A stretch of DNA of 63,907 bases, counting the filler, from Craspedostauros australis (lineage: Eukaryota): the NCBI GenBank assembly GCA_030167865.1. It is 14 parts of 14 records of this genome, joined end to end, with 100 filler letters (N's around TTAATTAATTAA, not from the genome) between each part and the next. Parts side by side here need not be neighbours in the genome. Positions count along the whole stretch, not along the records: positions 11,750 to 17,948 come from JALAGF010002604.1; positions 18,049 to 21,318 come from JALAGF010002607.1; positions 21,419 to 27,480 come from JALAGF010002609.1; 11 more parts are not named here. The stretch is one strand, 5' to 3'. Under the pieces are notes generated by a model, which worked only from the letters and a program-made list of their open reading frames with translations, did no database searches and was not told the DNA's origin. This document shows, in pieces, positions 13,734 to 24,800 of the stretch (its first letter is position 1; every line of letters begins with the position of its first letter). Both the position numbers and the translations under genes were made by a program.

Positions 13734-14970
13734 TCCGAAGTGATTGTGGTGGACGGCACTGCCGAGGAAGAGGAGTGAAGTGTCAGACCATGCCATACCG
13801 TAACAGAAATCTTCCACAAGTGAACGCATGACAGAATTGAGTCGACGGATAAAAATAGTCGTCAGAATAGTCATTAGGATAGCAACTGTGTGAAAGGAGC
13901 TGGAGCAATTAGGGATCCATTCATTCAATGGTGCGTCCGGCATTCCTTCACCGTCGCCTTTGGTGATGTGCACAGCATGCTGCTCCATGCAATACCGTAT
14001 CGTTCACAGCACGGTCTGGCTGGGCCGCGAGATACGCATAATCTTCTGTGAATGAATTGCAGATGATCCCGGTTGGCGTAAGGCACGTTGCTGTGCAGCA
14101 TCATTGGCCAATGCGACAGGAAGAAGATGGTTCAGCCACCACTGTCATCGCCGTGATCGTCGTTGCCGATCATATGGTTTCCACGTTCGTTGGTTTCGTG
14201 GGTGTGGAAGGAGTTGTGTGGGAAACGACGGCGGACCCCGCGGGCGTCATGCATGGCTTGTTGGACTCGAATCCAACTTGACGAGGTGGAGCGTACTGCG
14301 ACAGTTAGCTTGTTGTTGGTGGTGGTGGTGCTGCTGCTGCAGTTTGTGCATGATGTCGCGCAAGGCACAAGCGTATATCAGGTGCTGCATGGTTTTCGAT
14401 ATGGCGGACCAAGATCACGAGCCATGGGAGAAGTTGCCGATGTCATTGCACAGGATTTCAATAATGGTGGATCCGATGAGAGCATGCCTCTGTCTCACCG
14501 TTTGCGGTTTGTGGCTGCGACGCACCGCTTTGAGCATCGGTATGAACATGCGTGGCTGGTTGTGGTACGTGTTGTGGAAACTGAGGAACGTCTCCAAACT
14601 GATGGCTCTGCAGGTCTCGGAAGAAGTCGCTGCGTCCGATCTCACGGATGCAACCATCCAACATGTGCTGAATCTCCGTTTCCGACACCGCATCGTACGT
14701 TTCTGTGGGTGCGCGCGGCTGCTGATGACTTGAATCCAGACCGCACCACAGGCCATGACATGACATGTCTTGCCATGGCTGTTGGATCTGTTGTTGGCGC
14801 TGCCATTGCCCATGTCCCAAGATATTCTCTACTCCGGAGAAGTTTGTGTGATATCATCCTTTCTGATGTCGCTGAGCGATGCGACACGTTGGAGATCGCT
14901 GTTCGTCACGGCTTGTCATTCATCATCGGCATCAGCGTCATCGTTGGCATCGTCATCGTCTCTTGCCATG
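13701..14970 (-). pseudogene. degraded unknown ORF convergent with ankyrin-BTB copy 1; part of the duplicated unit
   Basis: Several stop- and frameshift-broken minus-strand ORF pieces; homologous sequence recurs inverted at 18060-18750. Confidence 0.4.
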
Positions 14971-15712
14971 GTTGCCTTCGTTGATTCTGGTTGGTGTGTC
15001 ATGTTTTGCGCAGCCGCCACTTGCTTGATTACTCCATTGCTTCGTTGCTTCGTTTCTTTGTTGCTTGAGATTCAATGTCTCAGTGTTGGCTGATGCCTCT
15101 ATCAATGCAAACATAGTCATGCCATTTCATCTCTCTGTCTCCGGAGACTTTCATGTTGCGGGCTTCGAATTGGTGTGGCGTTGATTATGGCTGAAGTGGA
15201 GTGGTTGGAGGCACAGGTTGCACTCAAGTCGCAACACCGCTGAAACCAATGGAAACACTCAACGACCATTTCGAATCACCTTTGTGTTGTGATCAATCAA
15301 GTGTCACATTCGTCGATCTTCTTTGATGGTTTCACTCATAGTCGAATCAGTCGAAGATTCGGGTTTTCCAAGACCCACAAAAGAGAACTCTGTTGTGGTG
15401 GGAACGTGTTTCCTTCTTTCTTGTTGTCTGCGTGCATTTTTGTGATGGATGGGGACAGAAGGATCCAAACCATGTGATCAAGAGGAGGCAAACACAGACA
15501 TCAACACACACCACCCAACCCCATACTCGGGCACATCAACAACAGACATCGGATTGTCTCTCATATTCATGACACAGTGCATGGTACTCATACCAATACA
15601 AGCTGTTGAAGACACACCATCGATATCTCTGCCATCGACAGCTCGAACTGCACACTTCCTCGACAGCCAATCCAACGTCAATCGTCTAGCAACCACCGAC
15701 CATCCTCTCAAA

Positions 15713-16255
15713 ATGCCGAATGTCACAGACCAACAACTCATTCATGCTGCCATTTCAGGTGACTTGTCGGTGTTGAAGGAATGGAAGAAGCAGAACAAGA
15801 CGCAGAATGAAGGAGTTGATGTCACCAAGGTTAAAGACTGGCTTGGTCAGACTCCCCTTCATTGGGCATGCCGCGGCGGCCACCTGGAGTGTGTCAAGTA
15901 TCTCATCGAATCATGTGGGGCAAACATCAACTGCAAAGACAACGATGGTTGGACTCCTCTTTATGTGGCATGCATGTTCAACCACCCGGAGTGTGTGAAG
16001 TACCTCATCGAATCAGGTGGGGCGAACATCAACTGCAAAACAAAGTATGGTGACACTCCCCTTCATTATGCATGCGACAACGGCCAACTGGAGTGTTTGG
16101 AGTCCCTCATCAGAGGACTTTCGCCTTCAGCTCACCCACAACTGCAGCAACTACAGCAACGCTTACAACAAAACGAGCAAGAGAATGAACACAAACACAG
16201 TACCCACAAGAGGACCAACGTCAGCATTGGAGAAGACCGACTCAAATCCTTCTAA
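15713..16255 (+). CDS. ankyrin-repeat protein, copy 2 (3 repeats plus coiled coil)
   Basis: MPNVTDQQLIHAAISGDL... followed by three TPL(H/Y) ankyrin repeats; ends at an in-frame TAA just before the BTB domain. Confidence 0.85.
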   Translation: MPNVTDQQLIHAAISGDLSVLKEWKKQNKTQNEGVDVTKVKDWLGQTPLHWACRGGHLECVKYLIESCGANINCKDNDGWTPLYVACMFNHPECVKYLIESGGANINCKTKYGDTPLHYACDNGQLECLESLIRGLSPSAHPQLQQLQQRLQQNEQENEHKHSTHKRTNVSIGEDRLKSF

Positions 16256-16560
16256 ACCGAGAACAGGACAGACACCATCTTCTTGTGTGGACAGGGCGAC
16301 CAACAACAACCAATCAAGACAAATGCCGAAGCCCTTATGATCACCGTTCCATCCATTCAGACACTGATCGACAAAGCAATCCGACATCAGCATGCAAATG
16401 ATGGCGCTGAAGACGGCACGGCCCCCATGGAAGTAACCATCCCTCTTCCCAACCTTCAAGCAAAACACATCCGATATATCCTCCAATGCATCTACACAGG
16501 CAAGATATCCTTCAACAACAACACTCATGACGACACCGATGATGATGACGCAAACCAGCA
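16256..16560 (+). pseudogene. BTB domain of copy 2, in frame behind a TAA, truncated and fused to unrelated sequence
   Basis: TENRTDTIFLCGQG...IPLPNLQAKHIRYILQCIYTGKISF; similarity to copies 1 and 3 is lost after ~16560. Confidence 0.7.
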
Positions 16561-17387
16561 TCTCTTCATGCAATGCAAACTCTGTTCGATGATGGCAATG
16601 GCGATGGTGACCACTCCAACATCACCACATCCCTTCACATTGATACCCTCAACGCAAACACCAACACAAGCAATCAGACGAGATGATGAGGCATCAACAT
16701 CCAAGAGGAACTGTGGGAAGGCTCACCAGTTTCTCTGCACCTTCACCCACCCGTTGTACGACTATGAGAATGGAACCTCCCATGAGTACGATCTACTCTG
16801 GGAGTTGCCACAGCCAAACGGGCAGCCTGATACTCTGTTCGAACCTTTGTGCGGGCATGAGGTCATGACGATCGAAGTTGCTGGAAGAGGACGATGTCAG
16901 ACCACCGGGTCCGTGTGCTGCCGTGGGAAGCACGCCTGCACACATCTGCACCCATATACACACATTGTCAGCATCCCATACTCGTAAAACTGGCAGAACA
17001 CAACAGTCTCAAACTCGACATCGCGTAGTGCAGCGACAGGCTGTGAGGATCGCAACATCCTGTGTGTGTGAGCATCAAGGTTGCGAAGTTGCTGAAACAA
17101 GTTCTGCCAATGACGTACGACGCCGCATTTCTCAGCATCTATTGCATCGACCAACCGCAACAACAGGTCCGGCGCGAATGAAGCTGGCGCCACTGAATCC
17201 CTTCTTGAATCAACACCCAACTGCAACAGACGAAGCTGATGCCAGCACCTACGGCAGGGTGGGAATCCAGTGGTTGAACGAAGAAGAACCCGATGTAGTA
17301 AGTGGGCCAAAGGTGTCTGGAGGTATATGTAATAGTAGTCTACGATCACACATACAAGTACGAGTACTCTCCAGAGAGCAGAATCTA

Positions 17388-17948
17388 TCATAGTATCCTG
17401 CACTGCGAATGAATCGATGAATCACCCCCTATTTGAAAGATCCAGGTCTTGACGGCACCCGCAGTCTCCATTGCATTCGATACCTCCTGTGCCTTGTCTG
17501 CGGAACACCAAGCAACGCCACATCCACCACCACCGGAACCCACGATCTTGAAACCCCACGCTCCCGTATGCAGGGCTGCGGTGCGCATATCCTCAATGCG
17601 AGGCGTCGACAACTGCAATCCATCCCGCAACGCACAATGATGCACGTCCATCAGCTTGGCGAGTTGCCGACCGCTGCCGGTTGCGTTGGACATCCACAGT
17701 TTCGCGGCTTCCGCTTCCACATCGCGATTCGTGCGCGTCGCCTGCAACAGCGTGCGTTCGGTTTCGTCCAGATCCGCGTCCTGCGTATCCCAATCACCAT
17801 GCAGCTTGGTCGCGTACAGTTCCAACCGATCGTACTTGCAGCGTTTGAGATGCCGCATCGTGTCCTTGGGCTGGCCCGAGTCCCCCAGCACCCACGCGCC
17901 ATCGACGGGCGGCAACTTCACGACGGCGTCCGGAGCAATACGCAGACA
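17388..17948 (-). CDS. GHMP kinase (galactokinase-like), C-terminal part; 5' end in gap
   Basis: LAKLMDVHHCALRDGLQLSTPRIE...GAWGFKIVGSGGGGCGVAW matches the GHMP kinase C-terminal motif. Confidence 0.85.
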   Translation of the reverse strand, partial: CLRIAPDAVVKLPPVDGAWVLGDSGQPKDTMRHLKRCKYDRLELYATKLHGDWDTQDADLDETERTLLQATRTNRDVEAEAAKLWMSNATGSGRQLAKLMDVHHCALRDGLQLSTPRIEDMRTAALHTGAWGFKIVGSGGGGCGVAWCSADKAQEVSNAMETAGAVKTWIFQIGGDSSIHSQCRIL

Positions 17949-18702
17949 NNNNNNNNNNNNNNNNNNNNNNNNNNNNNNNNNNNNNNNNNNNNTTAATTAA
18001 TTAANNNNNNNNNNNNNNNNNNNNNNNNNNNNNNNNNNNNNNNNNNNNATTGCTCGTCAGCTTTGTCGGCCATACCTATCGAAAGCCATGCAACCGCTGG
18101 CATACGCTTGTGCCCTGCGCGACATCATGCACAAACTGCAGCAGCGCCACCACCACCAACAACAAGCTGACAGCCGTAGTACATCCCGCTCCGTCACGTT
18201 GGATTCGATTCCTACAAGCCATGCATGATGCCCGCGGGGTCCACCATCGTTTCCCACAAAAACTCCGCTCACATCATCGACACCAACGAACGCGGAAACC
18301 ATACTATATGATCAGCAACGACGATCACGACGATGACAGCAGAGGCTGAACCATCTTCTTCATGTCACATTGGCCAATGATGATGCACAGCAGCGTGCCA
18401 TACGCCAACCGGGATCATCTGCAATTCATGCACAGAAGACCATGCATATCTCGCGGCCCAGCCAGACCGCGCTCCAAACGATACAGGAGTGCAGGGAGCA
18501 GCATGCTGTGCACATCACCGAAGGCGACGATGAAGGCATGCCGGACGCACCATTGAATGAATGGATCCCTAATTGCTCCACCTCCTTTCACATAGTTACT
18601 ATCCTAATGACTATTCTGACGACTATTTTTATCCATCAACTCAATTCCGTCATGCGTCCGCTTCTTGAAAACTTCTGGTATGGCATGGTCTGGTCTGGCA
18701 AT

Positions 18703-19581
18703 TCAACCCTCTTCTTCAGCAGCACCGTCCGTCTCAATCACTTTGGATGATTTGGTAGTCATAGAGCGGACGAAGTCCACCAATGTCACCCAATCCATGT
18801 ATGAATCCACTTGCGCGATCCCCTCGTCTTCACCCACAACTTTGTACAGGTCCATCATGGACATACGAGTGCACTCATCATCAATACCATCACTCTCCGC
18901 TCCCCCATTGTGGAGGATATGAATGCCTCCCATCAGTTGAGGTTGTAGAATCAGTTTGCTTGAATCTAGATGAGTGAACGTATCCTTCTCACTTTCAGGT
19001 GCCACTCTCATCGCCATATCCTTCAACACCATGCAGTTGTGCTGATGAGCGAATATCAACACATCTATCATGGTGTCCTCTGTGAGATGCTTGTGCGCTA
19101 GCTCTGATTCAAGAACAAGCTTGAGTTGCCAGAAGCCGCACTTGTTGGCCACAAGGATCAGCTGTTGCAGATCATCCTGTCCAGTGAGGATGGGAGTTGG
19201 CTGGTGAGAGGCATCTGTATCGTGGTGAGCGGCGGCGTTGTCACGAGGGCTGTCATTGAGGATATCTCGCCTGTGTAGATGCATTGGAGGACGTGTCGGA
19301 CGTGTTTTGGTTGAAGATTGGGAAGAGGAATGGTTGTGTGGATGCGTTCAGTTCTATCGTGAGCGCCATCGTGAACGCATTGATGTTGGATTCCTTTGTC
19401 GATCAGTGTCTCAATGGATGGGATGGTGATCATCAGGACTTCGGCGTTTGTCTTGATTGGTTGCTGTTAGTTGCCCTGTCCACACAAGAAGATGGTGTCT
19501 GCCCTGTTCCCAGTTTAGAAGGATTTGGGTCGGTCTTCTCCAATGCTGACGTTGGTCCTCTTGTGGCTGCTGTGCTTGTGT
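18703..19581 (-). pseudogene. BTB/POZ-BACK half of ankyrin-BTB copy 3 (disrupted)
   Basis: IPLPNLQPKHVRHVLQCIYTGEI and LILVANKCGFWQLKLVLESEL...VLIFAHQHNCMVLKD; +1 insertion near 19590, TAA at 19515-19517 and ~19467, 1-nt deletion ~19260. Confidence 0.75.
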
Positions 19582-20598
19582 TCATTCTTTTTGCCTCTTT
19601 CGTTTCAACTGCTGTCCCAACTGTTCTTGTGGCTGTTCATTTGCTCGCTCGTTTTGTTGTAAGCGCTGTTGTAGTTGTTGTAGTTGTTGTAGTTGTGGGT
19701 GAGCTGAAGGCGAAAGTCCTCTGATGAGGGACTCCATACACTCCAGGTGGCCGTTGTAGCATGCCTCATGAAGGGGAGTGTCGCCATTGTTGTTTTGGCA
19801 GTTGATGTTCGCTCCACCTGATTTGGTGAGGTACTCCACACACTCCAGGTGGTCTTTGTCGCATGCCTTATGAAGGGGAGTGTCACCATAGTAGTTTTGG
19901 CAGTTGACGTTTGCTCCACCTGATTCGATGAGGTACACCACACACTCCAGGTGGCCATTGTTGCATGCGTCATGAAGGGGAGTGTAACCAAGGTTGGCTT
20001 TGCAGTTGGCGTCAGCCCTGCATGATTTGATGAGGTACTTCACACACTCCAGGTGGCCATTGTTGCATGCGCCATGAAGGGGAGTGTGACCACACATGTC
20101 TTTGCAGTTGACGTCAGCCCCGCATGATTTGATGAGGTACTCCACACGCTCCAGGTGGCCATTGTTGCATGCGCCATGAAGGGGAGTGTGACCAAACATG
20201 TCTTTGCAGTTGACGTCAGCCCCACATGATTTGATGAGGTACTCCACACGCTCCAGGTGGCCATTGTTGCATGCGTCATGAAGGGGAGTGTGACCAAACA
20301 TGTCTTTGCAGTTGACGTCAGCCCCGCATGATTTGATGAGGTACTCCACACGCTCCAGGTGGCCATTGTTGCATGCGCCATGAAGGGGAGTGTAACCAAA
20401 CATGTCTTTGCAGTTGACGTCAGCCCCACATGATTTGATGAGGTACTCGCCATGAAGGGGAGTGTGACCAAACATGTCTTGGCGGTTGATGTCAACTCCT
20501 TCATTCTGCATCTGGTTCTGCTTCTTCCATTCCTTCAACACCGACAAGTCACCTGCTATGGCAGCATCAATGAGTTGTTGGTCTGTGACATTCGGCAT
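19582..20598 (-). CDS. ankyrin-repeat protein, copy 3 (8 repeats, first with in-frame 10-aa deletion)
   Basis: Tandem 102-bp units VNCKDMFG(H/Y)TPLH.ACNNGHLE.VEYLIKSCGAD. Confidence 0.85.
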   Translation of the reverse strand: MPNVTDQQLIDAAIAGDLSVLKEWKKQNQMQNEGVDINRQDMFGHTPLHGEYLIKSCGADVNCKDMFGYTPLHGACNNGHLERVEYLIKSCGADVNCKDMFGHTPLHDACNNGHLERVEYLIKSCGADVNCKDMFGHTPLHGACNNGHLERVEYLIKSCGADVNCKDMCGHTPLHGACNNGHLECVKYLIKSCRADANCKANLGYTPLHDACNNGHLECVVYLIESGGANVNCQNYYGDTPLHKACDKDHLECVEYLTKSGGANINCQNNNGDTPLHEACYNGHLECMESLIRGLSPSAHPQLQQLQQLQQRLQQNERANEQPQEQLGQQLKRKRQKE

Positions 20599-21224
20599 GT
20601 TGAGAGGATGGTCGATGGTTGCTGGACGATCAACGTTGGACGTTGGATGATTGGTGTTGGATTGGCTGTCGAGGAAGTGTGTGGTCTGAGCTATCTACTA
20701 TGAGGCAGAGATATTGATGGTGTGTCTTCAATAGCTTGTATCAGTATGAGTACCATGCACCGCGTGATGAATAGTAGTATGAGTGGCAATTCGGTGCTTG
20801 TTGTTGATGTGCTCGAGTATGGGGTTGAGTGGTGTGTGTTGTTGTCTTGTTCGCACGCGTCCTCTCTTTCTCTCTTTGTGCACAAGCATCGTCGTGTTTG
20901 CCTCCTTCTCTTGATCGCACCCCTCTCTGGTTCGTGCGGCTTGGATCCTCCGGGACACCCGGCAAAATGGGTCGAATTAGTCTATCTTGGAGGCTACTGA
21001 CCCAGCCAATCAAAACTCGTTGTTTTTGCGATGACAAAAGATCCCACAAGAGGAATGTTCTCGAATCAAATTTTCGTTCTCAGGAACTCTTTGAAGGTCA
21101 TAGCTTCCAGTGTTATTTATGGGTAGTTCATGGAGAAACTCCGAAAATGACTCTGCAATACTGTGTCTTGATTAAATCCCGACCAGTCGTGCGAAAACCG
21201 AACCCTTGATTTAAATAGCCGCCC

Positions 21225-21300
21225 TTCGATTTTATTATCCGTCATTCGATTTTAATATCCGTCATTCGATTTATTTATCCGTCACTCGATTTATTTAGTT
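21225..21300. repeat. 20-bp tandem repeat (TTCGATTTTATTATCCGTCA-like, ~3.7 copies)
   Basis: Seen directly next to the contig end, in AT-rich sequence. Confidence 0.8.
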
Positions 21301-21418
21301 ATCAATCCATTGTCTTCANNNNNNNNNNNNNNNNNNNNNNNNNNNNNNNNNNNNNNNNNNNNTTAATTAATTAANNNNNNNNNNNNNNNNNNNNNNNNNN
21401 NNNNNNNNNNNNNNNNNN

Positions 21419-21800
21419 GCGCGCTCGTTGGGTTGCTTGTTGGGTTGTTTGTCAGCGTGCTTGTGGGCGCGCTTGTTGGGTTGTTTATCAGCGTGCTTGT
21501 GGGCGCGCTTGATGGGTTGCTTGTTGGGTTGTTTGTCAGCTTGTTTGTGGGCGCGCTTGATGGGTTGCTTGTTGGGTTGCTTGTCAGCTTGTTTGTGGGC
21601 GCGCTTGATGGGTTGCTTGTTGGGTTGTTTGTCAGCTTGCTTGTGGGCGTGCTTGTTGGGCTGCTTGTCGGGTTTCTTGTCGAGTTGTTTGTCAGCATGC
21701 TTGTGGGCGCGCTCGTTGGGTTGTTTGTTGGGTTGCTTGTTGGGTTGTTTGTCAGCGTGCTTGTGGGCGCGCTTGTTGGGTTGCTGACTGGTGCGGCGGT
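21419..21800 (-). repeat. coding PT/S/N-rich tandem repeats (PTSNPSSAPTNKLTNN), mucin-like stalk
   Basis: 36/48-bp tandem units of gttgggttgcttgttgggttgtttgtcagc type. Confidence 0.85.
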
Positions 21801-24800
21801 GACTGGCAAAGCCGTGGGGAAAGGCACCGGACCAGTCGTTGGCTGGCAATCTCTGATCTGGGTCGTCTCGGATGATTGGAATTCTCCTCCAGACTTTTGC
21901 AACACGCCGTCGACGAAGATCTTGTATGATCCCTTCCCGACCTCGCAGCAGATTCCGTCACCATATGTGTCAACAATCATCATACTCAAGCAGGCAGACT
22001 TGGAGACGCATATCTCCTTGGTGTAGAGCTGGATGGTGTTGTCGGCAAACGGGCCATCTTGGAGGAGGACGTCGTCTCCATTCTTCAGCTCCCAGGTGGT
22101 TTCGGATCCGAAGTAATCTGTCAGTAGTTCCACGCGGACCATGGACTCATCGGATGCACAGGCATTCAAGTTACAATCTCCGACCAGGATCGTCTCAGTT
22201 GTTCCGAATTCTCCTCCAGTTATCTGCACCATGCCATCGACGATAATCCTGTAGGATCCCCTACCGAAGCTGCAGCAGATTCCGTTGCCAATTGTGTCAG
22301 CAATCGTCATGCTCAAGCAGGCAGACTTGGAGACGCATATCTCCTTGGTGTAGAGCTGCTGAACGAAGTTGTCGGCAAACGGACCATCTTGGAGGAGGAC
22401 GGTGTCTCCATTCTTCAGCTCCCAGGTGGTTTGGGATCCGTAGTAATCTGCCAATAGTTCCACGCGGACCATGGACTCATCGGATGCACAGGCACTCGAG
22501 TTGCTTCCAACTGCAGGTGCCGAAGTGGGGCTGCAATTTCCGATCTGGGTCGTCTCAATTGTTTCGAATTCTCCTCCAGACATCTGCACCACGCCATCGA
22601 CGAAGATCTTGTATGATCCCCCACCTTTGCTGCAGCAGATTCCGTCACCATATGTGTCAGCAATCGTCATGCTCAAGCAGGCAGACTTGGAGACGCATAT
22701 CTCCTTGGTGTAGAGCTGGAAAATGAAGTTGGGAAACGGGCCATCTTGGAGGAGGATGTTGTCTCTACTCTTCAGCTCCCAGGTGGTTTCTGATCCGCGG
22801 TAATCTGTCAGTAGTTCCACGCGGACCATGGACTCATCGGATGCACAGGCACTCGAGTTGCTTCCGACTGTAGGTGCCGAAGTGGGGCTGCAATTTCCGA
22901 TCTGGGTCGTCTCACTTGTTTCGAATTCTCTTCCATACTTCTGCCGGACGCCGTCGACGAAGATCTGGTATGAACCATATCCTCCTGAGCAGCAGATTCC
23001 GTCACCATATGTGTCAACAATCGTCATGCTCAAGCAGACAAACTTGGGGACGCACATCTCCTTGGTGTAGCGCCGACGAAAGAAGTCGACGAACGGGCCA
23101 TCTTGGAGGAGGACGTCGTCTCCATTCTTCAGCTCCCAGGTGGTTTCGGATCCGTAGTTATCTGTCGATAGTTCCACGCGGACCATGGACTCATCGGATG
23201 CACAGGCATTCAAGTTACAATCTCCGATCTGGGTGGTCTCAGTTCTTCCGAAGTCTCCTCCATACTTCTGCACCATGCCATCGACGATAATCCTGTAATA
23301 TCCATCACCGTAGCTGCAACAAATTCCGTTCCAACCGAAGTCAGCAATCGTCATGCTCAAGCAGGCAGACTTGGAGACACATACCTCCTTGGTGTAGAGC
23401 TGAAAATTGTTGCCAAACGGGCCATCTTGGAGGAGGACGGTGTCTCCATCCTTCAGCTCCCAGGTGGTTTCGGATCCGTACCTATCTGTCAGTAGTTCCA
23501 CGCGGACCATGGACTCATCGGATGCACAGGCACTCGAGTTGCTTGCAACTGTAGGTGCAGAAGTGGGGCTGCAATCCCCGATCTGGGTCGTCTCACTTGT
23601 TCCGAATTCTCCTCCAGACTTCTGCTCGACGCCGTCGATGAAGATCTTGTATGATCCCTTTCCGTTGGTGCAGCAGATTCCGTTGCGACCTGTGTCAGCA
23701 ATCGTCATGCTCAAGCAGGCAGACTTGGAGACGCATATCTCCTTGGTGTAGTGCTTGCTGGTGAACTGGGCAAACGGGCCATCTTGGAGGAGGACACTGT
23801 CTCCATTCTTCAGCTCCCAGGTGGTTTCTGATCCGCGGTAATCTGTCAGTAGTTGCACGCGGACCATGGACTCATCGGATGCACAGCCATTCGAGTCACA
23901 ATCTCCAATCTGGGTCGTCTCGGATGATTCGAATTCTCCTCCAGACTTCTGCTCGACGCCATCGACGAAGATCTTGTATGATCCCGAACCTTCACTGCAG
24001 CAGATTCCGTCACCATATGTGTCAAAAATCGTCATATTCAAGCAGGCAGACTTGGAGACGCACATCTCCTTGGTGTGGACCTCGATGGTGATGTCGGCAA
24101 ACGGACCATCTTGGAGGAGGACGGTGTCTCCATCCCTCAGCACCCAGGTGGTTTCGGATCCGTAGTTATCTGTGAGTAGTTCCACGCGGACCATGGACTC
24201 ATCGGATGCACAGGCACTCGAGTTGCTTCCGACTGTAGGTGCCGAAGTGGGGCTGCAATCTCCGATCTGGGTCGTCTCACTTGTTTCGAATTCTCCTCCA
24301 GACTTCTGCTCGACGCCGTCGACGAAGATCTTGTATGATCCCTTTCCGTTGGTGCAGCAGATTCCGTTGCCAATTGTGTCAACAATCGTCATGTTCAAGC
24401 AGGCAGACTTGGAGACGCATACCTCCTTGGCGTGGACCTGGATGGGGCTGTTGTCAAACCAGCGATCTTGGAGGGGGCCATCTTGGAGGAGGACGGTGTC
24501 TCCATCCTTCAGCTCCCAGATAGTTTGGGATCCGTAGTAATCTGGCAGTAGTTGCACGCGGACCATGGACTCGTCGGATGCACAAGCATTCAAGTTACAA
24601 TCTCCGATCTGGGTGGTCTCAGTTCTTCCGAAGTCTCCTCCAAACTTCTGCACCACGCGATCGACGATAATCCTGTAATAACCATTGCCTCCTGAGCAGC
24701 AGATTCCGTCACCATATGTGTCAACAATCGTCATGCTCAAGCAGGCAGACTTGGAGACGCATATCTCCTTGGTGTAGAGCTGGAAAATGAAGTTGGGAAA

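Larger units (their letters stand above)
18060..20860 (-). repeat. inverted copy of the ankyrin-BTB plus convergent ORF unit (~11920-14420)
   Basis: Continuous reverse-complement similarity, e.g. 18105-18160 versus 14320-14375, and across the BTB-BACK, ankyrin and leader segments. Confidence 0.85.

Noticed and set aside
14163..14984. 273-aa plus-strand ORF and similar long shadow ORFs (57584-58663, 21433-22026, 41394-42158)
   Set aside because: Antisense shadows of coding or repetitive sequence on the opposite strand.
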